Positions 1 through 8,112 of a stretch of 32,000 nucleotides of DNA are shown in pieces (within the stretch, counting starts at the first letter, position 1; each line of letters starts with the position of its first letter). Source of the stretch: an uncultured archaeon (GTDB lineage: Archaea > Asgardarchaeota > Thorarchaeia > Thorarchaeales > Thorarchaeaceae); NCBI GenBank assembly GCA_964648855.1, contig CAZYLT010000001.1, positions 270,001 through 302,000 of the forward strand, in the 5' to 3' direction. The notes under the pieces were generated by a model. It made no database searches, was not told where the DNA came from, and saw nothing but the letters and a program-made list of their open reading frames with translations. Made by a program: the position numbers and the translations under genes.

Positions 1-339
1 ATATCATAGTTGGGGCCCTGTAAAATAAATCCGAGATTGTATGAGTCAAATGATGAAATATCTGCACATCGCAACCCGAAGCTGCCAAAAGCGGACCATT
101 TTATGTCTCTTAGTATTGATTTCGTGAACAGTACTGAGAATTATTTTACAGAGCCCATAGTTGGTATCCTATGCTGACAGTCTTGACCATTCTTGCGAGA
201 ATAAATATGATAGTTGTCTAATCTTATTGGGTTGCTTATAGTTCCTGGGTGGGGGGAGTCTCCACCGTTTAAATCCGGGAATCTATGCTAGTTGAAGCCA
301 TTTACCCCTAAATTCCATGAGAAACCATAATCAAAGCAC

Positions 340-543
340 TCAAAGTGACAAAGAGGGGATATAGCTTCCAGTCTTGCTGTAGTCTATCGAATTATTTCTC
401 CCTATCCCAGAATAAGAAACAAGTTCCTCTTTGTAGTATACTTCACTTAGATTTTTTGTAACAAATGAAGTATTCCTCAACACAATCCAAGCCATATCTA
501 CCATCTGATATAATAATCCAAGCTGGTTTTGGAATGAACTCAT
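340..543 (-). CDS. Short hypothetical ORF or gene fragment in AT-rich region
   Basis: 67-aa ORF from the track with no recognisable motif. It may be a decayed gene. Confidence 0.2.
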   Translation of the reverse strand: MSSFQNQLGLLYQMVDMAWIVLRNTSFVTKNLSEVYYKEELVSYSGIGRNNSIDYSKTGSYIPSLSL

Positions 544-859
544 TTACCATGCACTGCTTTGTTTCGCACATTGACTACAGAATTCTCGCAGATTGTTTGG
601 CCGGGTGACAAATACCAATCTTATCGAAAAATTGTCTTAGACGGGCAGACGAACCGCCATAGTAATAGCACAGAGAATGTTGTTGGTTCAGAATAGTCCA
701 TCCAAGAGGTCGTAAGCATCAGCACACTCAAGACTGATTTCAATCACTCTATACAGAGCATCCTATGCATCTCTGATGTTTTCCTCCCTCTTGAATAGCA
801 GACAAAGATGAAACCAACGGGATGAATGCGGCTGACTTTTGAAGCCGGCCGTTGTTTCT

Positions 860-1663
860 TCAGTATCCTCCTTTAAACCATATACCGATGCCATCAACAT
901 TGTAAGGTTCATCGCTGAAATCAATGTCATAGTTAGATTCGATGGAGCAGTCAATGGAGTGTTGAGTGTCCTTGATATAATAATCCAATTCCAGCCTGCT
1001 TGAATCTTCCGTTTTTATTTTTACTCCAGCTCTAAAACCAACTCCTTTTGCACTATATGCGAATCCCAATTCTACAAAATAGAGGTCTGTCCAAGAGTAT
1101 GACATCGAATATGTTGCACTGCAGTCTTCGCATACATGCACATTTTCATGATAATCACCCGAAGTACCTGAAAGGTCATTATAGAGTAAGTCATAATCAC
1201 CTGCTTCATTAAATCCGAAGATGCCCGATCCTTGGGATGATTCCTCTACAGATACTAATTCGCATGTGTAGTAAGAATTGTACATTGTTATGATGTAATA
1301 TACATCCCAAGTACAAGAATACTGCTTTGCTATTATGCAATGCTCTACCCTATTATCAGGGGTATCAAATGATTTCGAGAAGCCAATTTCTCCTTCGAAG
1401 CCCCCGTCTACACTCCAGCCTCCAAAACCTCCACCTAATTTCACTCGTGCTTCATGGGTTGTAGCCTCGGTAAATGTCCCATAACTGCTATCCCCGGGAG
1501 GGTCATATAACGTGAAAACCGGAATCCATGACAGAGAGGTATCGCGCCCAACGTAGATTTTCTGGTAAGCGGCCACTGGGCTTACATTCATAAGAAAAAC
1601 TACCGAAAGAACAAAGACGAAGAGCATCGCTCTTGAACGTCCACATTTTAGAATTTCAGTCAA
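860..1663 (-). CDS. Secreted beta-rich hypothetical protein
   Basis: 267 aa with a signal peptide (MLFVFVLSVVFLMNVSPVAA), a YDPPGDSSY motif and Ser/Thr/Gly/Tyr-rich beta strands. A TATA-like element lies ~23 nt upstream. Alternative ATG start at 1627. Confidence 0.75.
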   Translation of the reverse strand: MTEILKCGRSRAMLFVFVLSVVFLMNVSPVAAYQKIYVGRDTSLSWIPVFTLYDPPGDSSYGTFTEATTHEARVKLGGGFGGWSVDGGFEGEIGFSKSFDTPDNRVEHCIIAKQYSCTWDVYYIITMYNSYYTCELVSVEESSQGSGIFGFNEAGDYDLLYNDLSGTSGDYHENVHVCEDCSATYSMSYSWTDLYFVELGFAYSAKGVGFRAGVKIKTEDSSRLELDYYIKDTQHSIDCSIESNYDIDFSDEPYNVDGIGIWFKGGY

Positions 1664-1685
1664 TTACTATCCACCCAATTAATCT

Positions 1686-1725
1686 ATTATATATGTGAAT
1701 ACATATCTTGTTATTGCTTTATATA
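1686..1725. promoter_or_regulatory. Back-to-back archaeal TATA boxes of a divergent gene pair
   Basis: TATATAAT on the minus strand (1693-1686) and TTTATATA on the plus strand (1718-1725), each ~23-25 nt before a start codon, consistent with leaderless transcripts. Confidence 0.55.
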
Positions 1726-1750
1726 GGCTTAATATGCATCGGAAGTTAGA

Positions 1751-2515
1751 ATGAATGGGATTAAAATGCAAATTAAAAAAGATGAAATCGTCCTGGTTTT
1801 TTTGACTGCCGCCCTTCTCATTCTCTTCTTTGTTATCCCCCCCCTGTTGATGACTAAAACAGCTAACAAAACAATGGGAATTAACCTTGTCCATGATTCC
1901 GAGGGAACCATGGGTATTTCAAATGGAGTAATAACAGGCAACCTGAATGTATCGATGGACAAAACTGAGAACCATGTAGCAGGTCTATGGACGATTCAAA
2001 TGCATTTTGACTCCAACTATTACTACAATAACATGTCATACGCTCTTAATTTGGACTATGACCTATGGGATGGAAGATATATCTTAAACCAATCAATCTC
2101 CATTAAAATGAAAATCGCGGATTATCAGCAGACATACCAATCTTCTATAGGACCCGGTGTTTTGGCGATAACTCCATTTCTAAATGACTTCAATATAACC
2201 TACGTTTCTCCAGTTGGTCAGCAGCAACTTGTTCTCATTTACTGGGCTTATAGTCTTTCAACTGAGGACAATTCCGTTGGAAGTTTTTCTTGTGCGTTGA
2301 GTATTAATATGAGCATTGCACAAAGTTCAGGAGGATTGAGTAGTGCTCAAACGAGAATCACATCTGCATCTATATTGCTTCCGTGCAGTTTGGTTGCTAT
2401 AGAGGCAATTAGGAGACACAGAAAAAGCAGACCGGAGAATCAAAAACTCGCTATACGTCATAATGGTGCTAGGGGTAGTGATGCTTCAGTCGCAAACGAA
2501 AGTTGTGCGGCTTAG
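1751..2515 (+). CDS. Membrane-anchored hypothetical protein
   Basis: 254 aa: N-terminal hydrophobic helix (IVLVFLTAALLILFFVIPPLLM), Asn/Ser/Tyr-rich extracellular part, then a C-terminal hydrophobic segment followed by RRHRK. Confidence 0.7.
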   Translation: MNGIKMQIKKDEIVLVFLTAALLILFFVIPPLLMTKTANKTMGINLVHDSEGTMGISNGVITGNLNVSMDKTENHVAGLWTIQMHFDSNYYYNNMSYALNLDYDLWDGRYILNQSISIKMKIADYQQTYQSSIGPGVLAITPFLNDFNITYVSPVGQQQLVLIYWAYSLSTEDNSVGSFSCALSINMSIAQSSGGLSSAQTRITSASILLPCSLVAIEAIRRHRKSRPENQKLAIRHNGARGSDASVANESCAA

Positions 2516-2723
2516 TGAATTAAGTATTCGTTGCTCGGTCTTTTTCAATTCCCAAGGTGTTTTCCAGATGAATTTCTAACATCAAGCTTGGCTGTAGCAT
2601 TCTTAGCCAAGAATAGGTTCAATTGTCACCAAATTCAAAGCTGAAACATTAATCCTTCTTCAGCTCCATTCTTATTGCAGACGAGAGATCTGCTTTGCGA
2701 AAACTCATCACTGCATGACGTGA

Positions 2724-3145
2724 GAGGGCTAGGGAAATGGACTAGAGCTGTTTCTGCAGCTCGAAGTGGGCAACCGAAAGCCCGGAGGAAATCTTCTTCC
2801 AAAGGGAGGTCCTTACTCTTCACACAAAGGGCTGCATTAGGTCCTGGAGAGTCCGCGGCTGTTCACCATGCTCAGACGAGTTTTGCTGATTTCGGTAACG
2901 GAGCCAACGAGGGTCATCATAATCCAGCTGTAGTAAGAACTGTGGAAGCCCTCTCTGTGGCTGAGAGTCATGCCTCAGGACATGCATAGTAGAAGAAAGC
3001 TAGGGCCGTGGGAGGAATGCCATTCCGATGAATACGGATAAGGCCCCTGCTGATTAAGCAGCCTTCGGGTATGCTAGGGGCGATGACGCTGGCAGGGGAC
3101 GGGTGGAACACGGGAGGTTCGAAAGTGTGAGTTCACTCAGCCCTT
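2724..3145 (+). ncRNA. Candidate large structured non-coding RNA, class not identified
   Basis: Terminal stem GAGGGCT/AGCCCTT, nested long-range helices, many local hairpins, C(UUCG)G and GUAA tetraloops. G-U pairs favour the plus strand. No credible ORF. Confidence 0.65.
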
Positions 3146-3227
3146 AGAAATGGTTATGCCAGTAAATACATAAGTATCATGAGAAGACCATCTGTGAAGC
3201 TTCACCATAAAAAAAGGTGTTAACACA

Positions 3228-3803
3228 ATGTCACTCGATTTTGCTAAAGGCATAACGGAGTTCCGTGCTCATGGCAGGGGTGGACAAGGAATTGTCACCT
3301 CGAACCAGATGCTGGGAAAAGCAGCTCTTGCAGAGGGCAAATATATTCAAGCATTCCCCGAGTTTGGACCGGAACGGACCGGTGCCCCCGTAAAAGCATT
3401 TTTGAGGATCAGTGATAAGCCGATTCAGATTTACGCACAAGTATATCATCCTGATGTAGTAATCTGCATCGACCCAACACTGCTTCAAGTGCTAGACCCG
3501 ACAGAGGGTCTCAAAGAAGATGGCACTCTTGTACTTAATTCAACAGATACACCAGGCGATATTCGAGAGAGGTTTGGTTTTGAAGGTGGTAAGGTAGTAA
3601 CTGTTGATGCGAGCAAGATTGCGATGGATATCCTGGGACGGCCCTTCTACAATATGCCAACCTTAGCTGCAGCTATAGAAGCAGTAGGGACAGTGAAACT
3701 GGAGACCGCGATTAATGAGGTCATGGAGCGCTATCACGGTAAAGTTGGAGAACTCAATAAGGCGGCAATGGAACGAGCCGTTAAGGAGGCGAAGATTGGA
3801 TGA
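3228..3803 (+). CDS. porG: Pyruvate/2-oxoacid:ferredoxin oxidoreductase gamma subunit
   Basis: HGRGGQG and FPEFGPERTGAPV motifs. AGGTG RBS upstream. Confidence 0.95.
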   Translation: MSLDFAKGITEFRAHGRGGQGIVTSNQMLGKAALAEGKYIQAFPEFGPERTGAPVKAFLRISDKPIQIYAQVYHPDVVICIDPTLLQVLDPTEGLKEDGTLVLNSTDTPGDIRERFGFEGGKVVTVDASKIAMDILGRPFYNMPTLAAAIEAVGTVKLETAINEVMERYHGKVGELNKAAMERAVKEAKIG

Positions 3804-4096
3804 GCGAAAAATACAACGAGATCCCCATAGCAGGAAACATCGTCGAGCCCGGTAATGCAGAGAAGTATAAGACCGGTGGCTGGCGTTCTGAACGACCAAT
3901 TCACATACCAGAGGAATGTCTCTGGGTTAAGAACGGTACGTGTGGTCTCTGCTGGATATATTGTCCGGATATGGCGATTCGACTTATCGAGAAAGATGGC
4001 AAGTATATCCACGAGTTCAACTACGACGCATGCAAGGGCTGTGGAATCTGTTACAATGAATGTCCAACTGACGCCATAAAGATGGAGGATGAGTAG
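3800..4096 (+). CDS. porD: Pyruvate/2-oxoacid:ferredoxin oxidoreductase delta subunit (2x[4Fe-4S])
   Basis: KTGGWRSERP, C..CGLCWIYCPD and CKGCGICYNECP motifs. ATGA overlap with the gamma gene. Confidence 0.95.
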   Translation: MSEKYNEIPIAGNIVEPGNAEKYKTGGWRSERPIHIPEECLWVKNGTCGLCWIYCPDMAIRLIEKDGKYIHEFNYDACKGCGICYNECPTDAIKMEDE

Positions 4097-5303
4097 GTTG
4101 ACCAGTGTTGAACGCATTTCAGATGATGAAATCACAGTAGAAGGACTGACAGGAGATGCTGCCATTGCTCATGCACTCAAACAGTGCGATGTTGACGTTG
4201 TTGCAGCCTATCCTATCACTCCTCAAACAATCATAGTTGAGGACTTCCAGAAGTTCGTTGCCAATGGAGAGGTGGACACACGACTCATCACAGTGGAGTC
4301 AGAACACAGCGCCATGTCGGCGTGTGTTGGTGCTTCTGCTGCTGGAGCACGAGTAGCCACAGCGACAGCTAGCGCAGGGCTTGCATTGATGTGGGAAATT
4401 CTCTATTGTGCGGCGTCAATGAGACAACCGATTGTTCTCACAGTTGCAAATAGAGCATTATCAGCACCAATCAACATTCATAACGATTGGAGCGACACTT
4501 ATGGCGCCCGAGACAGCGGCTTCATTCAAATCTACTGTCAGAGCTGTCAGGAGGCATATGATACAACCATTATGTCATTCAAGATAGCTGAGGATCATGA
4601 TGTGCTCTTGCCAATCATGGTTTGTATAGACGGGTTCATTCTCAGCCATAATGTAGAACGTGTTGAGATGCTACCTACTGACGCCATTCATGATTTTTTG
4701 GGTGTTAGAGAACCATACCTTCCGCTTGATCCTGATGACCCGATTACTATGGGCCCACTTGCTCTCACTGACTACTACTACGAGTTCAAAGAACAACAGG
4801 ATAAAGCTATGGAAAAAGTTCCAGAGGCCTTCAAGAACGTAGAGAAGGAGTTTGAGAAAATGACGGGGCGCAAGTACGGCATGTTCGAGGAGTACAAAAC
4901 TGAAGACGCAGAGATAATCATTTTTACTCACAGCACTCCAGGCGGTACTGCCAAGGCTGTTGTTGATACACTCAGAGAGCAAGGTGAGAAAGTTGGTGTG
5001 GTCCGACTGAGAATGTTCAGACCATTCCCCGCAGAAGAGATTGCAGAGGTCGTGAAGCATGCCAAGGCAGTGGCAGTGTTTGAGAAGTGCCGGTCATTCG
5101 GTGCTCCATCTAACCCACTCGCCATGGAACTTCGAACTGCACTATACGACTTGGATGACAAGCCGATGGTCACTGACTTTGTTATTGGACTTGGTGGAAG
5201 AGATGTCCCACCGACAACAATTGTCGAGGGACTGGAGAAGACCAAAGAATACCTCAAGAAAGGGTCTGCTCCAAAATACGAAACCTTGGGGGTGCGCAAG
5301 TAA
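4089..5303 (+). CDS. porA: Pyruvate/2-oxoacid:ferredoxin oxidoreductase alpha subunit
   Basis: AAYPITPQT, VESEHSAMS, NRALSAPINIH and GLGGRDV motifs. Confidence 0.95.
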   Translation: MSRLTSVERISDDEITVEGLTGDAAIAHALKQCDVDVVAAYPITPQTIIVEDFQKFVANGEVDTRLITVESEHSAMSACVGASAAGARVATATASAGLALMWEILYCAASMRQPIVLTVANRALSAPINIHNDWSDTYGARDSGFIQIYCQSCQEAYDTTIMSFKIAEDHDVLLPIMVCIDGFILSHNVERVEMLPTDAIHDFLGVREPYLPLDPDDPITMGPLALTDYYYEFKEQQDKAMEKVPEAFKNVEKEFEKMTGRKYGMFEEYKTEDAEIIIFTHSTPGGTAKAVVDTLREQGEKVGVVRLRMFRPFPAEEIAEVVKHAKAVAVFEKCRSFGAPSNPLAMELRTALYDLDDKPMVTDFVIGLGGRDVPPTTIVEGLEKTKEYLKKGSAPKYETLGVRK

Positions 5304-6245
5304 ATGGCAGTTAGACTCAAAGACATGTTAGAGAAGGACGAAATCCTCACATCTGGGCATAGAATGTGTGCAGGATGTGCAGCACCGACCATTGTCAAGC
5401 TCATGGGCATGGCCCTTAGAGGCCCTACCATCATAGCAGAGGCAACCGGTTGTTTGGAGGTCGCTACAACTATCTATCCGTTCACTGCGTGGAACATTCC
5501 ATGGATTCACGTGGCCTTCGAGAATGCTGCAGCTGTAGCCTCAGGAATCGTTGAGGCAACTGAGATCATGAGGGAGAAGGGTCGGTCCGAGCACGATCAC
5601 GTTGACGTTATAGCAATTGGCGGCGACGGAGGTACTTTTGATATTGGATTCGGCAGCCTGAGTGGCGCGCTTGAACGCGGGCATGACTTCGTCTATATGG
5701 TCTACGACAACGGTGCGTATCAGAATACTGGTATCCAGCGTTCTGGAGGCACATTCCAAGGTCAAGAAACCACCACATCATGGGCAGGAGAAAAGATTCC
5801 TGGCAAGCTGGAAACCAAGAAACCGATAGCTGAGATTGTGGCGGCTCACAGAATTCCATATGTTGCTACGGTCAGTCCAGCCTATCATCGTGACTTCATT
5901 CAGAAGTTTAGAAAGGCACTCGAGGTTGATGGCCCAGCATTCATTCACGCGATTTCTCCATGTCCACGTGGCTGGAGGTCTCAGACATCAAAAAGCATCG
6001 AACTATCAAAGCTGGCTGTGGAGGTTGGTTTGCATCCGCTCTATGAGATTATTGATGGTGTAGAGTGGAAGATGTCAGGTCCCAGCAAACGCATCAAGGA
6101 ACTCAAGCCCCTTGAAGAATACTGGAAGACACAGGGACAGTTCAAGCATCTCCTAAAACCAAAATGGAAAGACTTTGCAAACCAGATTCAGGAGCATATC
6201 AACGGTGAATGGGAGCTCCTGAGGAAGAGGTGCAACGTAGAATAA
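5304..6245 (+). CDS. porB: Pyruvate/2-oxoacid:ferredoxin oxidoreductase beta subunit
   Basis: GHRMCAGC, ATGCLEV, TPP-binding GGDGG...YDNGAYQNTG and SPCPRGW motifs. Confidence 0.95.
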   Translation: MAVRLKDMLEKDEILTSGHRMCAGCAAPTIVKLMGMALRGPTIIAEATGCLEVATTIYPFTAWNIPWIHVAFENAAAVASGIVEATEIMREKGRSEHDHVDVIAIGGDGGTFDIGFGSLSGALERGHDFVYMVYDNGAYQNTGIQRSGGTFQGQETTTSWAGEKIPGKLETKKPIAEIVAAHRIPYVATVSPAYHRDFIQKFRKALEVDGPAFIHAISPCPRGWRSQTSKSIELSKLAVEVGLHPLYEIIDGVEWKMSGPSKRIKELKPLEEYWKTQGQFKHLLKPKWKDFANQIQEHINGEWELLRKRCNVE

Positions 6246-6256
6246 CAAGAGATAGT

Positions 6257-6298
6257 GCTGAGGGACATTAGTTCCTCAGCTCTGGTTCTTTTTCTTTT
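6257..6298 (+). terminator. Hairpin plus T-tract terminator of the por operon
   Basis: 10-bp stem GCTGAGGGAC-atta-GTTCCTCAGC followed by TTCTTTTTCTTTT. Confidence 0.7.
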
Positions 6299-6416
6299 GA
6301 TTTCGTTCGGAAACTTGGCTTATGATAGGCAAGTACAAAATAGGGCCTACTTATGTGCTGGTTTTACATTCAGAAAATAGTTGAAAATAGGTCGATGATA
6401 TGGGAGATTCCGTAAA

Positions 6417-7226
6417 ATGGCAAAATCAATTGCATTTGGCAAGGAGCGACCCTTGATTATGGCACATCGTGGAGACTCTGTAGCGGCTCCTGAGAATTCT
6501 CTACTCTCAATGCAGAAGGCTGTTGAGATTGGTGTGGACTTTCTGGAAACAGACGTTAGAATGACAAGAGATAATCATCTCGTGCTATTCCACGACGAAA
6601 CTCTTGAGAGAACGACTGGAAGAAAAAGCAGAGTCGAGGAGATGACTCTTAACGAATTGAAGGAGATTGACCTCGGCGAAACATTCAGTCCTGATGGTGA
6701 AAATTTTCCGTTCGAAGGCAAAGACATTAGGATTGTGACACTACGCGAGGCCTTTGATGTGTTTCCTGATATACCAATCAATCTCGACATAAAAGACAAG
6801 GATCCTGTCGCCCCAGAGCTCCTCGCATCCGTCATTCGAGAATATGATCGCCAAGAGAATGTCATTGTTGCCTCCTTTCATGATAAGCAAGCAGTTCGTT
6901 TCAGAGATTTGATGCCGGAGGTAATAACATCTGCATACCCTGGAGAAATTACCAGATTTGTCTTTGCTCTCAAGATGCGTGTGTTGCGACTATTCAACCG
7001 GGGCTGCAAATATGAGGCATTCCAGGTTCCGCTCAATTACGGCATGATTTCTGTTGTTAATGACAGATTTGTTAGAGCAGCACATGAACGTGATGTGGCG
7101 GTCCATGTTTGGACAATCAATGACTCAGAGAAGATGCAGGAACTGATAGATCTTGGAGTGGACGGAATTTTCACTGATGAGCCAGGTCTATTGAGGAATG
7201 TACTCTCGGATAATGGGCTACTATAG
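6417..7226 (+). CDS. Glycerophosphodiester phosphodiesterase (GDPD/UgpQ family)
   Basis: MAHRG, PENSL, ETDV..TRD..LVLFHD, VWTIND and GVDGIFTD motifs. Confidence 0.93.
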   Translation: MAKSIAFGKERPLIMAHRGDSVAAPENSLLSMQKAVEIGVDFLETDVRMTRDNHLVLFHDETLERTTGRKSRVEEMTLNELKEIDLGETFSPDGENFPFEGKDIRIVTLREAFDVFPDIPINLDIKDKDPVAPELLASVIREYDRQENVIVASFHDKQAVRFRDLMPEVITSAYPGEITRFVFALKMRVLRLFNRGCKYEAFQVPLNYGMISVVNDRFVRAAHERDVAVHVWTINDSEKMQELIDLGVDGIFTDEPGLLRNVLSDNGLL

Positions 7227-7355
7227 TCCGCATGGGAACAAGGATAGTAGACAATGCAAAATAGCTTAATATGGAGAGAACTGAATCATCGAGTTGGAAA
7301 CCCCCTCCATGGATATCCATGGTGCAGGGTTCAACCTAAACAGGTGAATCGCAAA

Positions 7356-7487
7356 ATGACATGCCCAGAATTCAACGAAAAAGACAACACATGTGGGGTA
7401 GATGGCTTCAAATTCTATGAAGGAATGCGTAAGCCCTGTGAAACTCCCGGGATGACCAAAGACAAATGTCCACGCTTCATGCAATAG
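7356..7487 (+). CDS. 43-aa Cys-rich microprotein, possibly metal-binding
   Basis: MTCPEF...TCGV...KPC...KCPRF (4 Cys). An AGGTGA RBS precedes ATG 7356, so the track start at 7254 is probably too long. Confidence 0.6.
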   Translation: MTCPEFNEKDNTCGVDGFKFYEGMRKPCETPGMTKDKCPRFMQ

Positions 7488-7749
7488 ATTTGCAAATGTG
7501 GACCCTTCCTTAGCAGGCATTCACTTGACGCGAGCTTCTGTCTTTGGGGAGGACGAGCAGTACTCCATAAGAACCATAGTGCTTATAGTCTAGGACTGAG
7601 CCCGCACCTAACACCGGGCCTCCCAGTCCCCCTTCTCACCATACCAATCATATTTTTCCGAGAAATGCATTTTTTCGAAAACCAGAAGTGAACGGTAACA
7701 GTTATCAGTATGCTAATAGGGGATTTTCTTTGCAGATGGTGGTAACGAA

Positions 7750-8016
7750 ATGGTCAAAGCGTATATACTGATCAAGACAGAGAGTGGGCACGAAGATAGT
7801 GTTCTAAGGGAGATTCTAGAGCTCTCTGTGACCGAAGAAGCGCACAAGGTATTTGGTGCTTTTGATATCATAGCAGAGGTAAGAGGCAGGGATATGGAAA
7901 CGTTGGTTGAGGTTATCACTGGCAAAATCAGGACGATACCAGGAACTGTTGACACCCAATCATTGATGGCTATAGATGTCGAACTCGATATGGTCTCAAC
8001 TAGCCTCGCAAACTAG
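7750..8016 (+). CDS. Stand-alone Lrp/AsnC ligand-binding (RAM) domain protein
   Basis: KAYILIK...EAHKVFGAFDIIAEV...KIRTIPGTVDTQS pattern with no HTH. Confidence 0.88.
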   Translation: MVKAYILIKTESGHEDSVLREILELSVTEEAHKVFGAFDIIAEVRGRDMETLVEVITGKIRTIPGTVDTQSLMAIDVELDMVSTSLAN

Positions 8017-8112
8017 TCGCTCCTATTTAGGTAGACTGTGAGTCTGTCCAAACATCAGTTAAAAAGGACCTCTGGAATAATGAACTGGTAGAAAAAATAG
8101 GAGGTAATCCAT

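Noticed and set aside
2635-2989. ORFs 2635-2823 (-) and 2675-2989 (+)
   Set aside because: No protein-like motifs or RBS. They are better explained as incidental frames over a structured RNA.
2724-3145. RNase P RNA, canonical SRP RNA or TPP riboswitch as identity of the structured region
   Set aside because: GAGGAAAT (2785) has no P4 partner or ACAGAA-type CR-V, the SRP helix-8 motif is absent, and CTGAGA (2961) is not followed by the TPP CCUGAU/UAAU core. I could not support any of these calls by eye.
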